A stretch of 64,000 nucleotides of DNA from Nemertoderma westbladi (GCA_032718475.1 JAUCBJ010007101.1:55381-119380), one strand, 5' to 3'; shown: positions 10,859 through 25,188, counted from the first letter of the stretch. Made by a program: numbers and translations. Notes: generated by a model from the letters alone, not told the origin.

Positions 10859-13800
10859 ATGTCTGACACAAAACAAACACTGTCAGATAGTCTCTTGGAA
10901 AGGACGATCTGTATCCCCCAGATCAAAGTATAAAAAGGCCCCGACGAAAATCTAAGTCCCCTCCTACTGTAAGAAAAGCCATCCCTACAGTAGTTGTGTC
11001 GGACCCTAGGTTAGTGAAGCATCATAGGTCTATTATAGGCACTAGGGCTCAAGTTAAGCGAGACCAAGCGACGGCTGTAAAACAGCAGCAGTACCCTAAC
11101 TGAGAAGTTATTTCTCAACTACGTAGTAACTCTAGTTCCAACACTGAAGAGTTAACACCCGAGATCGGATCAAGGATGGAAGAAGTGGTTTACCCTGACC
11201 CACTTGTGATTCTTCCTGGGGCAATGCTCACTAGAATGCTTATAGCTGTAGAATCCGATCAAGCGGACTGAATTAGAAATAAGAGATCAACCAGGGATAG
11301 TTACACCGGATACCCGCTGGAAGAATTAAGGTCTATTGAGAAGACTCAATGGAACTTCCCCGGACCCGGACTCCCGTTTAACTTATCGGAAGCTGCCTGG
11401 GAAGACTTACATCAAATGGGCGTAGTTAGAGATACCAGAGATCCCGCTGTATGGAAGAGGTCAGCAGCCGGATATGTCCAGGGATTCTTCAACTCCTCGG
11501 GACAAACAGAAGCACAGTTATTCCACAGACAACTGGAACCTCAAGAGCAGGGAGAACTACTATACCAAGTGAGAGAACGGATATTGAGGATCAGATTAAT
11601 CCTTTCAGCTTTTGAAGAAGCCTCAAAGAGAAGTCAAGATACATCACTGCAGGTGGCATTAAAGACTTGGTTCCAATGAGTGAATGCTAAAGTCCAGGGA
11701 ACAACACGATGGAAGGCTCAGTTAACGGAACGAATAGCCTGTGGAGAATCAACCGATGCAACTTTCTCCCATGTGGAAAGCGAGGCGGTATCCGAAAAAC
11801 CTCAGAAGAAAGATGCCATTGACATCTATCTGTTGGATTATCAACGATTTATAGGTGACAAAGAGCTAAGGAGACATCTAGCTGGACTTCACCCCAATAG
11901 TGAAGAAGCCAAATTCATTTTGGACTCCTTAGATGCGGAGATATTAGCTGCGGAGCAGGCTAAATTTGATGAAAGCATTCTCATCCAGATGGACAAAAGA
12001 GAACAAATAAAGAAAGGACAGATAGAAGACAGAAAACGAGCTGCAACAGCTGAAGCGGAATAAAAAGCTGCAGCGGCAGAAGTTGATAAAAGGGCAGCAG
12101 CTGCAGAAGCTGATAGAAAGGCGGCGGCGGCAGAAGTAGAACGCAAAGCTGCCACAGTAGAAACTGAAAGGAAGGCAGCTGAAGCAAAGGCACAGCTAGA
12201 ATTAGAGAGTATACAGGCGAGACAAGATTACTTAAATAAACAAAGGGCAGCCACTCAGATGCAACTACTGAGTCGATCTACTCCCAGAAGACATGGATTT
12301 ACCTCCTCAGATGAAGGTACTACAACGGATTCCGAGTGTAAAGGTAATAAATCTCGTTCGAACGGACGTAGAAGAGCGCCCCAAAGACACAAGTTGCCTA
12401 ACTTACCCCCTACGGTGAGAAGGGAATTAGCTCATGTAGACTTAAGTAATAGAGAGTCAACAGCCCAAATTATAAGAGTAGAAAGACTCCCTACTATAGT
12501 AGATGAGCCAGAAATAATTAGGCCTGTTAGCGAAGCCACTCCTTTAATGGAGACCCCTTTACTCACAGAACACAACTCTAAATTCCCTTTGCATATTACC
12601 AAACTACCCTTGTCCAGTAGACAACCGCCCGAATCTCGGACTGTTATTGACGCCGAGCAAGATATAATAACCAGACTGTCCCCGGTCATCCTGATGTGCC
12701 ATCCAGCTACGACGTTGGTGGCTCCCGCACCCGCGGTTGAGTGGATGGAGGAAGGACGACGGGGGATGGAGGAATTGCTCGGACAATTGGAGGAAAACAA
12801 AATCAATTCCTCTAAACAAGTCCGAGAATTGGAAGGGACTGTTCAACTGTTAAAGGGAACAGTAAGAGAGAGTAAGTTAGAACTGCAAGAAGTACAGCAA
12901 CTTATCGCTCTCGAACGCGATAAATTAGTAAATATACAAATGGGTATACCACCACCCTCTGTAACAATGTGTCAGCCCGTTAGGTCTGAAGTATTTCATG
13001 TGCAAGGTGTGGAGCCTACACGCATCTATACTGCTAGTGAAGTAGAAACTCCTATAGTAAACCCTATTAAGAGTATTAATAAGCCTGTCGATAATGATAT
13101 CCCATACCAATCTGATAACAATCTGAGAAATTTATATACCGATAATTCGATATTAAATAGTACGATGGCTCAAGAAAGCTTCACACGGCAGATGGCTAGA
13201 ACGGAAGCCCGTCAAGCGGTAAAGGTGGGAGAGGTCGTCAAGTTTAATGGAGATGAGATGAAATGGTTACCTTTTAATGAATATTACAAAGATAACATAC
13301 AAAACTCCGTACTATCCAGCGGAGAGAAATTATGATTCCTCATCGAGTGCTTGGAAGGACCTCCCAAGTTAATGGCGTTAAAGTTTATTGGACATCCGGA
13401 CAGATTGAGACAAGTTTGGGATACACTTAACATCAGGTATGGTAATAGGGCTAACATAGCTAGATATCTGTATGCGAAATTAGTAGCTCCCAGAAAGTTT
13501 CTTAGCAGCGGGATTATAGAGTTTTCCGATGAGATTCAGGAGATCTGTAGACAGTTAGACTGGTTGGGTAAGTCTCATGAATACCATAGTTCTATGGTTG
13601 TAGGAGCCATAGCATCAACTTTGCCAAAGGGAGGAGTAGGTACTCGCTGGGACAAAAAGGTTCTCTATTTGATGGACCAACAACATAGAGATCCAACCAT
13701 GGCAGACCTTATGTCATTCTTAAACGGAGAGGTAAGACTACAGCTCATAAAACAGTCTAGAGAGAGGACTCCTGAAACCAAGGTAAGTGAAAAACCCATT

Positions 13801-16800
13801 ACTAGGAGAAAGGTAACACCAGTGTGTTATACGGATGATTATGAAAGTCAAACGTCTTATGACGAAAATAGTGGCAAAGACACCGAAAGATCTTATTACA
13901 CGAATAAAGTCAAGAAAGACGTAAGTAAACCTAAGGCTCGAACCAGTGGCTAGAGAGAACAGATAACAACTCCCCCTACGTCTCCCAAGAGAATTCCTGG
14001 TAGGAAGCCCGAAGAAAGAGCTAGCGTAGAAAATACAATGCAAGTTAAGGTAAGTAACATCAAACCTAAGTGTGTATTGTATGACGGGCCACATCACTTG
14101 AGTGGGTGTGAGGAATTCTTGAAGAAAGAACTAAAGGAGAGACGTGATGTCATGTGGGACAAAAGGATGCGTTACAATTGCCTCAGGCGAGGACATCAAA
14201 GGAAAACCTGTTACTCAGACGTGAGGTATGCTAAGTGTGGAGCGAAACATAATATCCTGCTACACACCCAGTTTGATAAGGTACCGGTAAGTTAACCCAA
14301 ACTACATGTAAAATTCAGTGATGTGAACGACACTGACCAAAGATGGAAGATGGAAGGATTCTACACAGATGAATTTTCTGATTAAAATGAATCTTGTTAT
14401 ATGATCAACACAACCATATATCGAGCCCTTACATATGAGACAGAAACGGAGGGAGAAGAACACCAACTATATATTCCGGATCGACAGCTTTCATGGAAAG
14501 TTTCGACACCATCTGTCGGCATCCGAGAGTTCCCAGTGGTGCAACTCAGAGTACATGGCCAAGGTAAGAGCTTAATAGTAAATGCACTCCTTGACTCTGG
14601 ACCTGGCCTGGCCGAAGATATCTTTGCTGGTCAACCAAGGTTCCGAACCAAACTGAACCTTTCCGGGATTATGCAGGTTTGGAAATCTACTGTATCCACG
14701 GACTTTTATGTCGGATCGTTGTCTACTCCCCAAGACAAACTAGGTGAGAACAGTGTAAGGTCAGTTAAAATGGTGGCAATAAAGAACTTTGCTACTAGCC
14801 AAGTAGAGCCTTACAACTGGGATGAAGACCATTTTACCCAGCAATACAACTTACCTAGATTCAGAACAGATTACCCCGGGGTACAGATACTGCTCGGCCA
14901 GATTGCTCACGAAGTGCTTGAAAACCTAGAGAAACGGCCTGCTCAACCGCGACCATTACAAACTTACGCGGGAAGAACGAGAGTAGGTTGGTATTTCACG
15001 GGACCTTCCCACAGGACTTTACAAGAGAGATCGTAGGGAGAGCAAGTCCATCAGGTAAGTGAGTGTGAGGAAGCCGTGAGCGAAGAGGATATCCCAGCTG
15101 AGGAAACTCTATGCTCCTCAGACAACGACGACATCCAGACTCTATATGATGAGGAAAATACCATTGAACTCCTCACGGAGAATCAAACTTGGTCAAACCA
15201 AGTTAATTTGTGTAACCTCATCTGTCAAAACAACGGACTATTGACTTACGACGACGAACTCAATGAGGTGGTAGAGCGATATAATGATAAGATACGTGAT
15301 GAACACACGGTACGATTCTTTACTCAAGAAAGAAGAGAGAGCTAAGCAAATTCAAGAAACGACTACTCGTTATCTGAAGGAGGAGGGTCGCTATGAGATT
15401 GGCTGCCTTTTAGGCGGAGAGAACCCAGCTTCATTAATAACCGACCTTTAGCGGAAAAGAGAATCGCACAGCTACATCGGCGCTTAACATCTAACGATCG
15501 AGCCAAAGAGATGTATAAGACGCAACTAAAGAAATTCATCGACAAGGGATACGCAGCGCGAGTTCCGGAAGATACACCCATAACGGAAAGAACGTATTAC
15601 TTGACACACCATTATGTTCCCAAGCCTGGTAAACCTAACGAAGTCCGGGTAGTGTTCGACGGCTCCTCCCTTAACATGGGACAATCCCTAAACTCAGAAC
15701 TGTTGCCGGGACCCAACTTAGTCCAATCTTTGTTGGGTATATTATTACGACTGCAGCAATATTCAATCGCCTTCGCCTCCGACATTGAAGGCATGTTTCT
15801 ACAAGTTAAAGCGTTAGCTAGGGATCGAGATAGCCTACGATTTCTGTGGTGGCCTGAAGGAGACCTCAACCGAAAACCGGTGGAGTACTGGATGACAATC
15901 CGGGCTTTCGGGATCATATCGAGCCCCTCAAACGCTTGTTCGGTAGTGCGCACCACTGCCGACGATAATAGAGACGCCTTCTCTAAAGTGGTTATCGACA
16001 ACATCAAATGGGATATTTATATGGATGACAATCTAAAGTCCCTCTCATCGGTGGAAGAAGCAATCGATGTTGCCAAGGGAACGGTAGAGTGCTTACAACG
16101 AGGTGGATATCGCCTAACCAAATTCACTAGTAACTCCCGTGAGTTCCTGGAATCGATCCCAGTAGAAGACCGAGGTGTTAAAGATCTTGACCTCATTAAG
16201 GATGATCTTCCCAAAACCAAGACCCTTGGACTGAAATGGGACATGGAGAGAGACATTTTATTTTTCCAACGGAAACAACGTGATAATCCCGTTCGAACTA
16301 AACGGATTTGCCTGAGTATTCTGAGCACTTATTTCGATCCATTGGGATTCATTAACCCCATAATCCTAGTTGCTCGGAGCTTGGTACAACAAATGTGGCT
16401 CGAAAACCACTCGTGGGATGATCCACTCCAGGGAGAACTGCTAAAGAAGTGGATGAAGTGGGAGGATTCTTTACCATCTATCGAGAACTTTAAGATTTCC
16501 CGCTCATATTTCGGTCATGTTCTCCCCACGTATTTCTATCAGCTCCATGTTTTTGGAGACGCCAGCGATATTAGAATAGGTATAGTAGCCTACCTGAGGG
16601 TTGATACTCCCGATGGAATTAAAGTTTCATTAGCCACCTCCAAGGCCCTAATAAACAACAAACTGCGGGTTCCCAGAGAGGAGTTAAAGGCGGCGCTATA
16701 CGCTACAGCCATCGGCCGGAATGTAACGGAATAGATTGACTATCCACTAGAGGAAACTGTCTATTGGACTGATGCGCTACTCATTCTGGAATATATAACT

Positions 16801-18898
16801 AATGAAGTCTGTCAGTTCAGCGTCTTTGTTACCAACAGAGTAGCTATTATACTCAGTTGCACTAATATAGATCAATGGAGACATTGCCCTGGGACGATTA
16901 ATCCAGCCGATATCGCTTCCAGAGGAGCAACTCCTCAAGAACTGATAGACACTCCAGATTGGTTAGGTGGCCCCGACTTCCTAGGTAAAGAAGAGGAGGA
17001 ATCAGCGGAGATCAGACAAGCCAAGGGAGCGGAGAAAGTCAAACCGAAAACCCGGACGAGTAAATCAAAGCTGTTTAAGCCAGCGATAGATCTGTCTGTG
17101 CTACACACCGCCGGTGATGCCACTGTGGATCCGAATCCATCCATGGATGTTACTCGAACCAAAAATAAATCCGTCATAGAAATAAGGGAAAGAGATTGGA
17201 AATCTGGAACACCAGACGTCTCACAAGGACTCTCTCCTCTCATCCAAAGAGCGATAGCTCATTATAGCTCCTGGAACCGGCTTTGCAAAGCCATTGTGTA
17301 TTTAAAACGATGTTTCCATCATCACTATTCCAGGACGAAGATTGCTAATGATGCCACTTCAGTAGTAGCTGAAAAGGTCCATGCTACCAAAGACCTTCCC
17401 ACTTATCGGCTACCTGATAGGTTTCTTACTGAGAAGATCAGTTACCAAGAACATGATGATGCCAACAAGCAGATACTGAGACTCCTGCAATGTTACGAGA
17501 ATTCTGAAAAGTATTTCCTGTTGTTGAGAAATCCACAGATGCGCATAAGGGATCCTTTCTCTAGCACAATGATAGATGGGCTAATACGTGTCGGAGGGAG
17601 ATTAACAAATGCTCCATTGTCCTTTGACACTAAGTTTCCCATACTCATTAGAAATCTTGAAATACAAATCAAGATGATTGTAGATGTTCACAGTAAGCTT
17701 TACCACGCTGGTAGTGAACGAGTTCTTAGCGAAATTCGAACTTGCTGTTATTTCCATAAGCCCCGTAGAGCTCTAAACCAAGTTCTTAGGAACTGTATAC
17801 CCTGTAGGAAAGCATTTAGTAGGCCTTTAACACAGCGAGAGGCAGAATTACATAGGGAAAGAGTAAGCTGTTATGAACCACCCTTTACCAATACTGGTGT
17901 GGATTTATTTGGCCCTATTGAAGTATATCGTGCTAGGACTATAGTCAAGCGATGGTGCGTAATCTTTGTTTATATGACTTGTAGAGCGATCCATCTTGAT
18001 ATGGTGAACGATCTATCTACCAACAGCTTCATAGTGAGTTTACGCCGACAAATCGCTCGTTTTGGGACTAGCAACACTATGAGATCTGACAAAGGTACTA
18101 ATTTCATTGGCGCCAATAACGAGATTAAAGCTTACGTAAACGATTTGAACCAAAGACAGGTGAACGATCAGCTAGGAGTAACAGCATCTCGCTAGACCTT
18201 CAACGCCACTGATGCCCCTTGGTGGGGAGGAAGTTGGGAGAGATACATACGTAGCGTGAAGACCGCATTTCACTTTGTAGTGCCGTGCCATGCATATCTC
18301 ACCGACGAACTTTTGCGGACGTTAATGGAGGAAATCGCTGCCTATCTCAACGAGAGACCGCTTATGCCAGTCTCATCAAGTCCCGACTCCCTAGAAGCGC
18401 TAACACCCGTGCATTTCCTACTAAAGAAACCTGTAGCCATGCTCCCGCAGTCGGAAATAACAGACGGAGACGAGAACTGCCGACAAACTTGGCAACTTAT
18501 GCAGTTATTATCCCGTCGTTTCGCTGACCATTTCGAAAAATATTATCTTCGATCTACAACTTCGATCAAAGTGGTTTGCGCAGCAAGAAAACGTCAGCGC
18601 CGGAGACATGGTCCTCATTGTGGAATCAGATCTTCCCCGTAAGAGGTGGCAGACAGGTCGTATCATCGAGACTCATATATCTGATGATGGTTTAGTGAGA
18701 TTGGTGGAACTCGTCGTCATGCGACATAACTTCAAGAAACCTGGAATTGTGTTCGAAACTCAACAACTTAATCGCCCGGTTGGTCGTTTATGTTTATTGG
18801 ACAGAGACCGAGAGTTGTCCGGTAACTATGGAAAACAAGAGACTCTTCCCACGATCACCTCCCTAATCCAGCAAACATCTAGGGACTCCCCAACGTAA
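10859..18898 (+). pseudogene. pol: BEL/Pao gag-pol polyprotein pseudogene (Gag, Zn knuckles, protease, RT, RNase H, integrase)
   Basis: LLDSG protease (damaged); RT VRVVFDGS, SDIEGMFLQV, LRFLW, YMDD; RNase H LHVFGDAS, NPADIASRG; IN H..H..CIPC, TGVDLFGP, SDKGTNF, APWWGGSWER; order PR-RT-RH-IN with Pao-type motifs; many stops and frameshifts. Confidence 0.95.
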
Positions 18899-19399
18899 CA
18901 GCGTTTGGAGTGGGTGTGTGACTACATTATTTTATTTGTTTATTTTATATTTATGTATGTATTATTATGTAATTTTATTATAATCATTTTCTTTAATTTT
19001 ATTTAGTAGAATAATATTTTAACGATTATTTAGTAGATTAGTGCAATATATTTCGTATTTTATTACTTAATTACTTAGTATAATATATTTCGTTAACGGC
19101 ATGAAATAATTTCGTTTTCTCTTTCCTTACTGTCCGTATCATACTATAAATATGTGACTACAGTAAGATGAAATGTCAGTATTTATTAAAGTACAATATA
19201 CTGCTCCTACTATACTTAGGTATTATTGGTAAAGTAGAGTATTAGGAATGCAAAGTTCAGATCCTCGTGTCTCGGCTAAACCAAGCTCTGGGTAGACCGT
19301 GGAAACAACTTGCCTCTTCTCACTGACATTGCTTCTTGCAATATTGCTCTCGTACCGTATTTTAATAATACATATAGTAGAAAGATGTCCATTTAACAC

Positions 19400-19990
19400 T
19401 AGCACTGTCAAAGTAAATCTGTTAAAATCTTTGACCCATAAATCTGTTAAACCCTTTGACCATCTGAAATTCTAGTCGATTAAGATATCGCGGCACCCAC
19501 CGATATACTAGAAATCCTTACTTAAACTTAAAAAACTTGAACAACTTAAACTTAAATAACTTAAACTTGAAAAACTTAAAAATTCAGAATCAGTGGTTAA
19601 CGTCCCAAGACATGTTCTGGAATAAATCAGTGCCCATCCCAAATATTAACTATTTGTTAAATATTCAGAACGTTTGTTATAACAAAAGTTAATATAAATT
19701 AAATAGGTTAAAAATCTGTTAAACCCTTAAATCCTTTAAAAATTTAGTCGATTGAGATATATAAACATATATCCTTATTACAACAGGTTGTTAACCTGAG
19801 AAAAATCTGTTAAATTTTTACAGCATTATTATAATAAAATGCTGACAAAATCTGTTAAACCCTTAGATCCTCTACAATTTTAGTCGATTAGGATATCGTA
19901 GTACTTACCGATACCCTTAAAAGACAAAAAATTTCTGGAATCAACGATCAGAGTCCCCAGACCTGTTCTGGAATAAAACTGTGTCTATTT
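19400..19990 (+). repeat. Degenerate tandem repeats in the pol-to-accessory-ORF spacer of copy B
   Basis: Recurring AATCTGTTAAACCCTT...TAGTCGATTAAGATAT and GTCCCNAGA...TTCTGGAATAAA units; fewer units in F (~53000-53290) and C (~24375-24665). Confidence 0.7.
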
Positions 19991-20547
19991 TAATATCAAA
20001 TAATAAAATTCACAGGAACAAATTTCAAATTCATATCCTCTCATGAATTTAATAAATTGTCATTTTACACAACTTATAAACATTCTCAAAATTCCGTTAA
20101 TTAATAGATCATGGGAGCGGTAATTCACCCTATTAAGTATATCAGTGTGAGAGAATCTCCAGTGTACAGTCAATAGCCGATAAAATTCATAAAATCATGT
20201 ATAAGGGGAATATTGATAACTAAAGAGTCACTATTAAATAGCATCCCAGATCTGTATGCATGAGAAATACCCTAATTCTACCGCTAGCTTTGCATAATGT
20301 CACCATAGTAACAACCACACTAGAATTCGAAGTGAGTTAAAATAACAATAGAAAGTTTACCCCATTGAATAGCATGAATAGCAATTACTAATTGATAGTA
20401 TCTAAGGATACATAATAATAACGTGTAGTAACAATGTGTTGGCAAGCTGTATTTTTCGAGGTGTTTGTTATTATACATTTATTATAGGAAGGGATGTAGG
20501 GGTCTTAAATGGCAGCTGGCTTTGAAATTAATACTCCATATCTCAAG

Positions 20548-20612
20548 AACCTGTGGCCTAGTGGTTGTAGTATCGGCTTCTACCTCGAGGTCCCAGGTTC
20601 GAATCCGACACC
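20548..20612 (+). promoter_or_regulatory. tRNA-derived Pol III promoter (A and B boxes)
   Basis: A box TGGCCTAGTGG 20554-20564; B box GGTTCGAATCC 20596-20606; no intact cloverleaf. Confidence 0.8.
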
Positions 20613-20651
20613 ACGGTGATGAGACCCAGTAAGGTTGAAACGCGTACGTGG
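20611..20651 (+). ncRNA. Minimal type I hammerhead ribozyme motif (C3G variant)
   Basis: CCACG-gUGAUGA-GACC(cagtaa)GGUU-GAAA-CGCG-UA-CGUGG: stem I, core, stem II, GAAA, palindromic stem III, UH site. Confidence 0.75.
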
Positions 20652-20960
20652 TTTGAAGAGATATGAGATATTAATTTGAAGAAAAATTACGCGATTCCTA
20701 AATTTGTACACTTCCCGGTTAAAAAGTACGCATGTGATGGGATTAGTCCTACAATTGCGCCAATAAAAGATAAGTCATTTTCGGTAAAATGAACTTATCA
20801 TTCGAGGTTAAGAACCCTAGATCCCTTCCTATAATAAATATAATAATAACGTGGCATTCTGGAAGGCCTCTGACTAACGGACAAATGGCCCTAATTTGTA
20901 CAAATTGTGGCAGGAATGTGGAATTTGTGTATTTATAGGTGAATGTTACTACTAAAGTGT

Positions 20961-22194
20961 TGTTCGCGCTTTTGAAGACCTTTAGCAGTTTAACCTGCCA
21001 AAATTTATATGTCTTTTAGTTAATTAACACACCTTTAGCATACGACAATATTTTATGCTAATAAACAAAACATTAGCCGAAGCCAGCCCATGCGCGATCA
21101 TTCACCCGATGGATCTACACCCGGGAGGCTGAATTCGGATGCTTAGATTTTATTATTGCAGTGTAAGGTTGCAGTGTAAACCTATTGTATTATTCGATAG
21201 ATCACTAATAATTAATTTCTGACAGATATTATTAACTTTCGGGAAATATTAACAGTTCCTTTGGGACGTGGCGCTCTATCTATTTAAACAGAGCTAGGAC
21301 TTATACTAAACGCAACGATAAGGCTTATGATTAAAGTATAAGTCGCATTCTTTAGGAAATGCTTTGTTACCAGTCACATCACACTCACAATCATGCACAC
21401 TATTCTGCCGACCGTCAGTATATTTGATCACACATAAAGAGAGCAGCAATTGACTCACGTAGGGTCTGCTAAATAACATTGGATTCAATACACACCACAT
21501 TAATATAAATCGCAATTGTTATGGATAGCCGGTCTCTCTAACCTGTAGTGTATCAAGAAAATTGGGAATTTGGGTGATTTATCCGTATTATCCAAAGAGC
21601 AATATTTCCATCAACAAATAGGTACAATTAATAACTGACGGTAAATAGCAGTACAAACAATATGATTAGTGCAATTAAATTAAGTGAGGTAACACTGCCG
21701 CCGTTAACAGTTATACTTTCTATAATCTAAGCAGTTTACTAGAGTTCTTCCCAAAAAGCCGGTGTTTCTGGCTTAGACAGCAATAACAACAAAGTATCAA
21801 GTAAAAACAGTAAGACTGAACACTCTCCTTATGATCGACTAAAAGCTACACGTCGACAGGAAAAATCGCTCTGATTGGCTCAAGCCAAACAAAGAACCGT
21901 ACATCCAATGGCTGTTTCCATGTCAGCAACCAGCTGTTAGATGTCGTAATATGAATCATCACGGCTAAGCTGTGAAAGGTAATTAATGCATTACAGGTTT
22001 TTTGCCTTACCATGTCCGCCAAAACACGTATATAGCAGAATTACTTTTATGTCCGTTAAAACACCTGTAAAGGTACCTTGCGGGCGAGGGGAATATATAT
22101 ACAGTCAGAGAACCTTTTTTAGAGTATTCCAGCGCCTGGGGGAAACTGGATTGCGAAGCAAAGGGGCCAGTTATATCCCACAGAAGCTTTTACA
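20961..22194 (-). repeat. 3' LTR of copy C
   Basis: TGTAAAAGC...GCGCGAACA; preceded in sense by purine-rich TGGGAGCGG (22195-22203). Confidence 0.96.
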
Positions 22195-22272
22195 CCGCTC
22201 CCAGAAAATGGGATTTAAGTCTATAAAATATACAAAATCACAGTTTCTCAAATACGAAAATACTCTAAACAG

Positions 22273-23562
22273 TTAGTCTTTCATGCGCGGACGGCGTTTA
22301 CGCAGTTTTTTAAAGCTAGCCAGAGTCTTTTTCTCTTTGGGGCGAGCCACTTTACAAGGAGGGCTATAACTCCTGGGTGAAGGGTGCAACATGATTGCAT
22401 CAGAGGGTATAGGATTATGGTCGGTGTATCCGCCAGTCGAAGTGCCGAGTTGATTGACATCAACGTCGGGGGAGAGGGGTCTAACGGCTTTGAGAGCTCG
22501 TTTCAAGACAGCCGCTCTTACGGGTCCTTTACGAGTGGTCTGAATGAGGGCCGTGGGTGGACCATAGGCAGTTAGAAACTTCCTTGGTTTAATGGTTCTT
22601 TCCAACTCGCGTTCGCGGGCTCGATACTCGTAAGGCCGTCGATATACTTCCTGTAACTCGATATGCGTGATTTCTGTTCGACAGAAGCGAATAGATAAGG
22701 ATGGAACGCATAAATTCCTTCGTAAGCGCGTCCAGGATAATAGCGATGGCGCGAATCACGATGTAAATCAGCGTTCGCTTCCCAAGCTCTAATGTAACGT
22801 AGTGTGATCATTTCATCTACGCTTTCCAAATCGCGATTAAAAGGGCAATCGAAACTGGCGTGTCCCTTTAGTGGACAGTGGTGACATTGAGTCATAAATT
22901 GGGGGCAAACCGCAAAAATATGCAAATTATTAAATCTGCAATACGCTCAATAAATTTCCATCGCCGGTTGTTCGTGGAAATAGGAACAGCGGACGTTTGT
23001 GTCTATGGGCGTAACATGGTCTCTCGATGCGCATAACCGACAACGTTGCCGAGAAACATAGTTGGCCTGGCGATAATCGTACGCAGTGAGACACTGTGGA
23101 CCTTGATACCATTCTAGGATGTAATCGTTGTCGCTGTTCCGAGCGCGATAGGCTGAATCTCCTCAGATTCTAGGCATATTGGTTCGTCTTCCCAGTCTGT
23201 TACGAATATAATTTTCGTGATCTATTCTCGGTTTATCGTTACGACTCCGCTGGGTATGATATTTAAATAGAACCATTTTCCTTTAGGGTGTCTACATCGT
23301 CCGTATCATGTAAATCGATAGGATGGCCGGTAGTTAAGAAGTCCATATACGTACCATTACGATGCGTATAGCGAGCGGTTAATTTTCGATAGTCCAATTC
23401 ACGCGTAAGTTGCTCTTGGGACATCGGCGGTTCGATATAACGACCATCGTCCTCCGTAATAGTCGGATCGGCTTCACCGCGTATCAAGCTATCCACAAAC
23501 GCTTGTAAAGGTAGAGTATATCGCTCTCTAATACCAAGGTCATCTTCTATTAATTCCATCAT
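22273..23562 (-). pseudogene. Accessory ORF of copy C (disrupted; Zn-knuckle central module)
   Basis: Fragments MMELIEDDLGIRERYTLP..., QCHHCPLKGHASFDCP, ...KKLRKRRPRMKD; homologous to 54108-55556 and to the ends of 33102-36853. Confidence 0.8.
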
Positions 23563-25188
23563 ATCTGCTATCTGAGTTTATTAATATTAGTATGAGTCAA
23601 TATTTAGGCAAGCGGGCGTCGCTGCCTACTAGTCTTTGACCCCGGACAGTGGCTTTCTCAGCGCCGATGTACCGTTGTCGCGGTGTTTGCGCCAACATGT
23701 AGCAACAGCACGACAACGATAATCGACACAAGTCCCACCACTGTCCGTCCCAAAGGCTTGAATCCACTTGAGGTTATCTCGGTAGAGTTAGGCTACTTTA
23801 CAATTGCGATTAGCTACTGTAAACACACTTTAGTAGTATCATTCACCTATAAACGCACAAATTCCATACAATCATTACTTACTGCACACATGCAAGCCAT
23901 TTGGTCCGTTAGTCATTGTCTTCCAGAATGTCACGTTATTACTATGTATCCTTGGATACTAATAGTGCGCTATGTATTCTCTTATGCTACGCAATGGGTT
24001 AAACTTTTTATTGTTCCTTTAACTTGCTTCTAATTCTAGCGTGGGTGTTGCCATGGTGACATTAAGGAAAACTAGCGGTAGAATTAGGTCAATTCTCATG
24101 TATACAGATCTGGGATGTTATTTAATAGTAATTCTTTAATTGTCAATCTTCTCTTTATGCCTGATTTTATAAATTTTATCGGCTATTGACTATATGTTGG
24201 AGATTCTCACACTCTAGTACACTCAATATGAATCTCCGCTCCCATGATCTATTAATTACTGGAATTTTGGGAATGTTATAAATTGTACAAAATGACAATT
24301 TATGAAATTCATTTGAATATGAATTTAAATTTATTCCCGTGAATTTTATTATTTGATATTAAATTGACATAAATTTTATTCCAGAGCATATCTGGGGACT
24401 TAGGATCCTTAATTCTATAAAATAGTCCTTCTAAGAATATCGGTAAATACTGCGATATCTTAATTGACTAGAAATTTTAAAGGATCGGGATTTTACAGAT
24501 TTTAACAAAATATTAAATTAATATTTAGGATGGGCACCGATTTATTCCAGAACTTGTCTGGGGACGTTAACCACTGATTCTAGAATTTGTCTTTCAAGTA
24601 TATCGGTGGGTGCCACGATATCTTAATCGACTAGAATTACAGATGGTCAAAAAGTTTAACAGATTTATTTGCGATTTACGCTACTGTTAGAGGGACATCA
24701 CGCTACTATATGTATTATTTGTTATAAGGTAGAAGAGCAATATCGCACGAAGCAATGTCAGTGTGAAGAGGCAAGTCGTTTCCAAGGTCTACCCAGAGCT
24801 TGGTTTAGCCGAGACACGAGGATCTGAACTTTGCATTCCTAATACTCTGCCTACCAATAATACTTAAATATAGTAGGAGCTTTATTGTACTTTAATAAGT
24901 ACGGACATTTCATCTTACTGTAGTCACGTATTTATAATATGATACGGACAGTAAGGAAAGAGAAAAAATAATTATTTCTCGCCGTCGCACTAAATATATA
25001 TTATAAATAATTACGTACGTAATAAACACTAATATATTGCACTAATCTACTAAATAATCCCTAAAATAACATTCTACCAAATAAAATTAAAGAAAACGAT
25101 TATAATAATATTACATAATAATACATACATAAATATAAAATAAAAACAAATATAAAATGATATAGTCACACACCCACTCCATATGTTA

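Larger units (their letters stand above)
20426..20839 (+). mobile_element. 414-bp SINE/retrozyme-like insertion with tRNA-derived Pol III promoter and minimal hammerhead
   Basis: 14-bp TSD ATAATAATAACGTG (20412-20425, 20840-20853); absent at the homologous site in F (~53720); 32-bp inverted repeats 20477-20508 and 20808-20839 (30/32). Confidence 0.85.

Noticed and set aside
10859-18898. Alternative genetic code or programmed recoding explaining the stops in B
   Set aside because: TAA, TAG, TGA and frameshifts are scattered, and sibling copies have sense codons at comparable positions
20548-20615. Functional tRNA gene (also 60696-60770)
   Set aside because: A and B boxes present but acceptor and anticodon stems do not pair; the first lies within a TSD-flanked insertion
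21306-22276. Small ORFs repeated in LTRs and leaders (also 31943, 32623, 45318, 56607, 4080, 46096)
   Set aside because: Recurrence is explained by LTR or leader identity; not conserved between subfamilies
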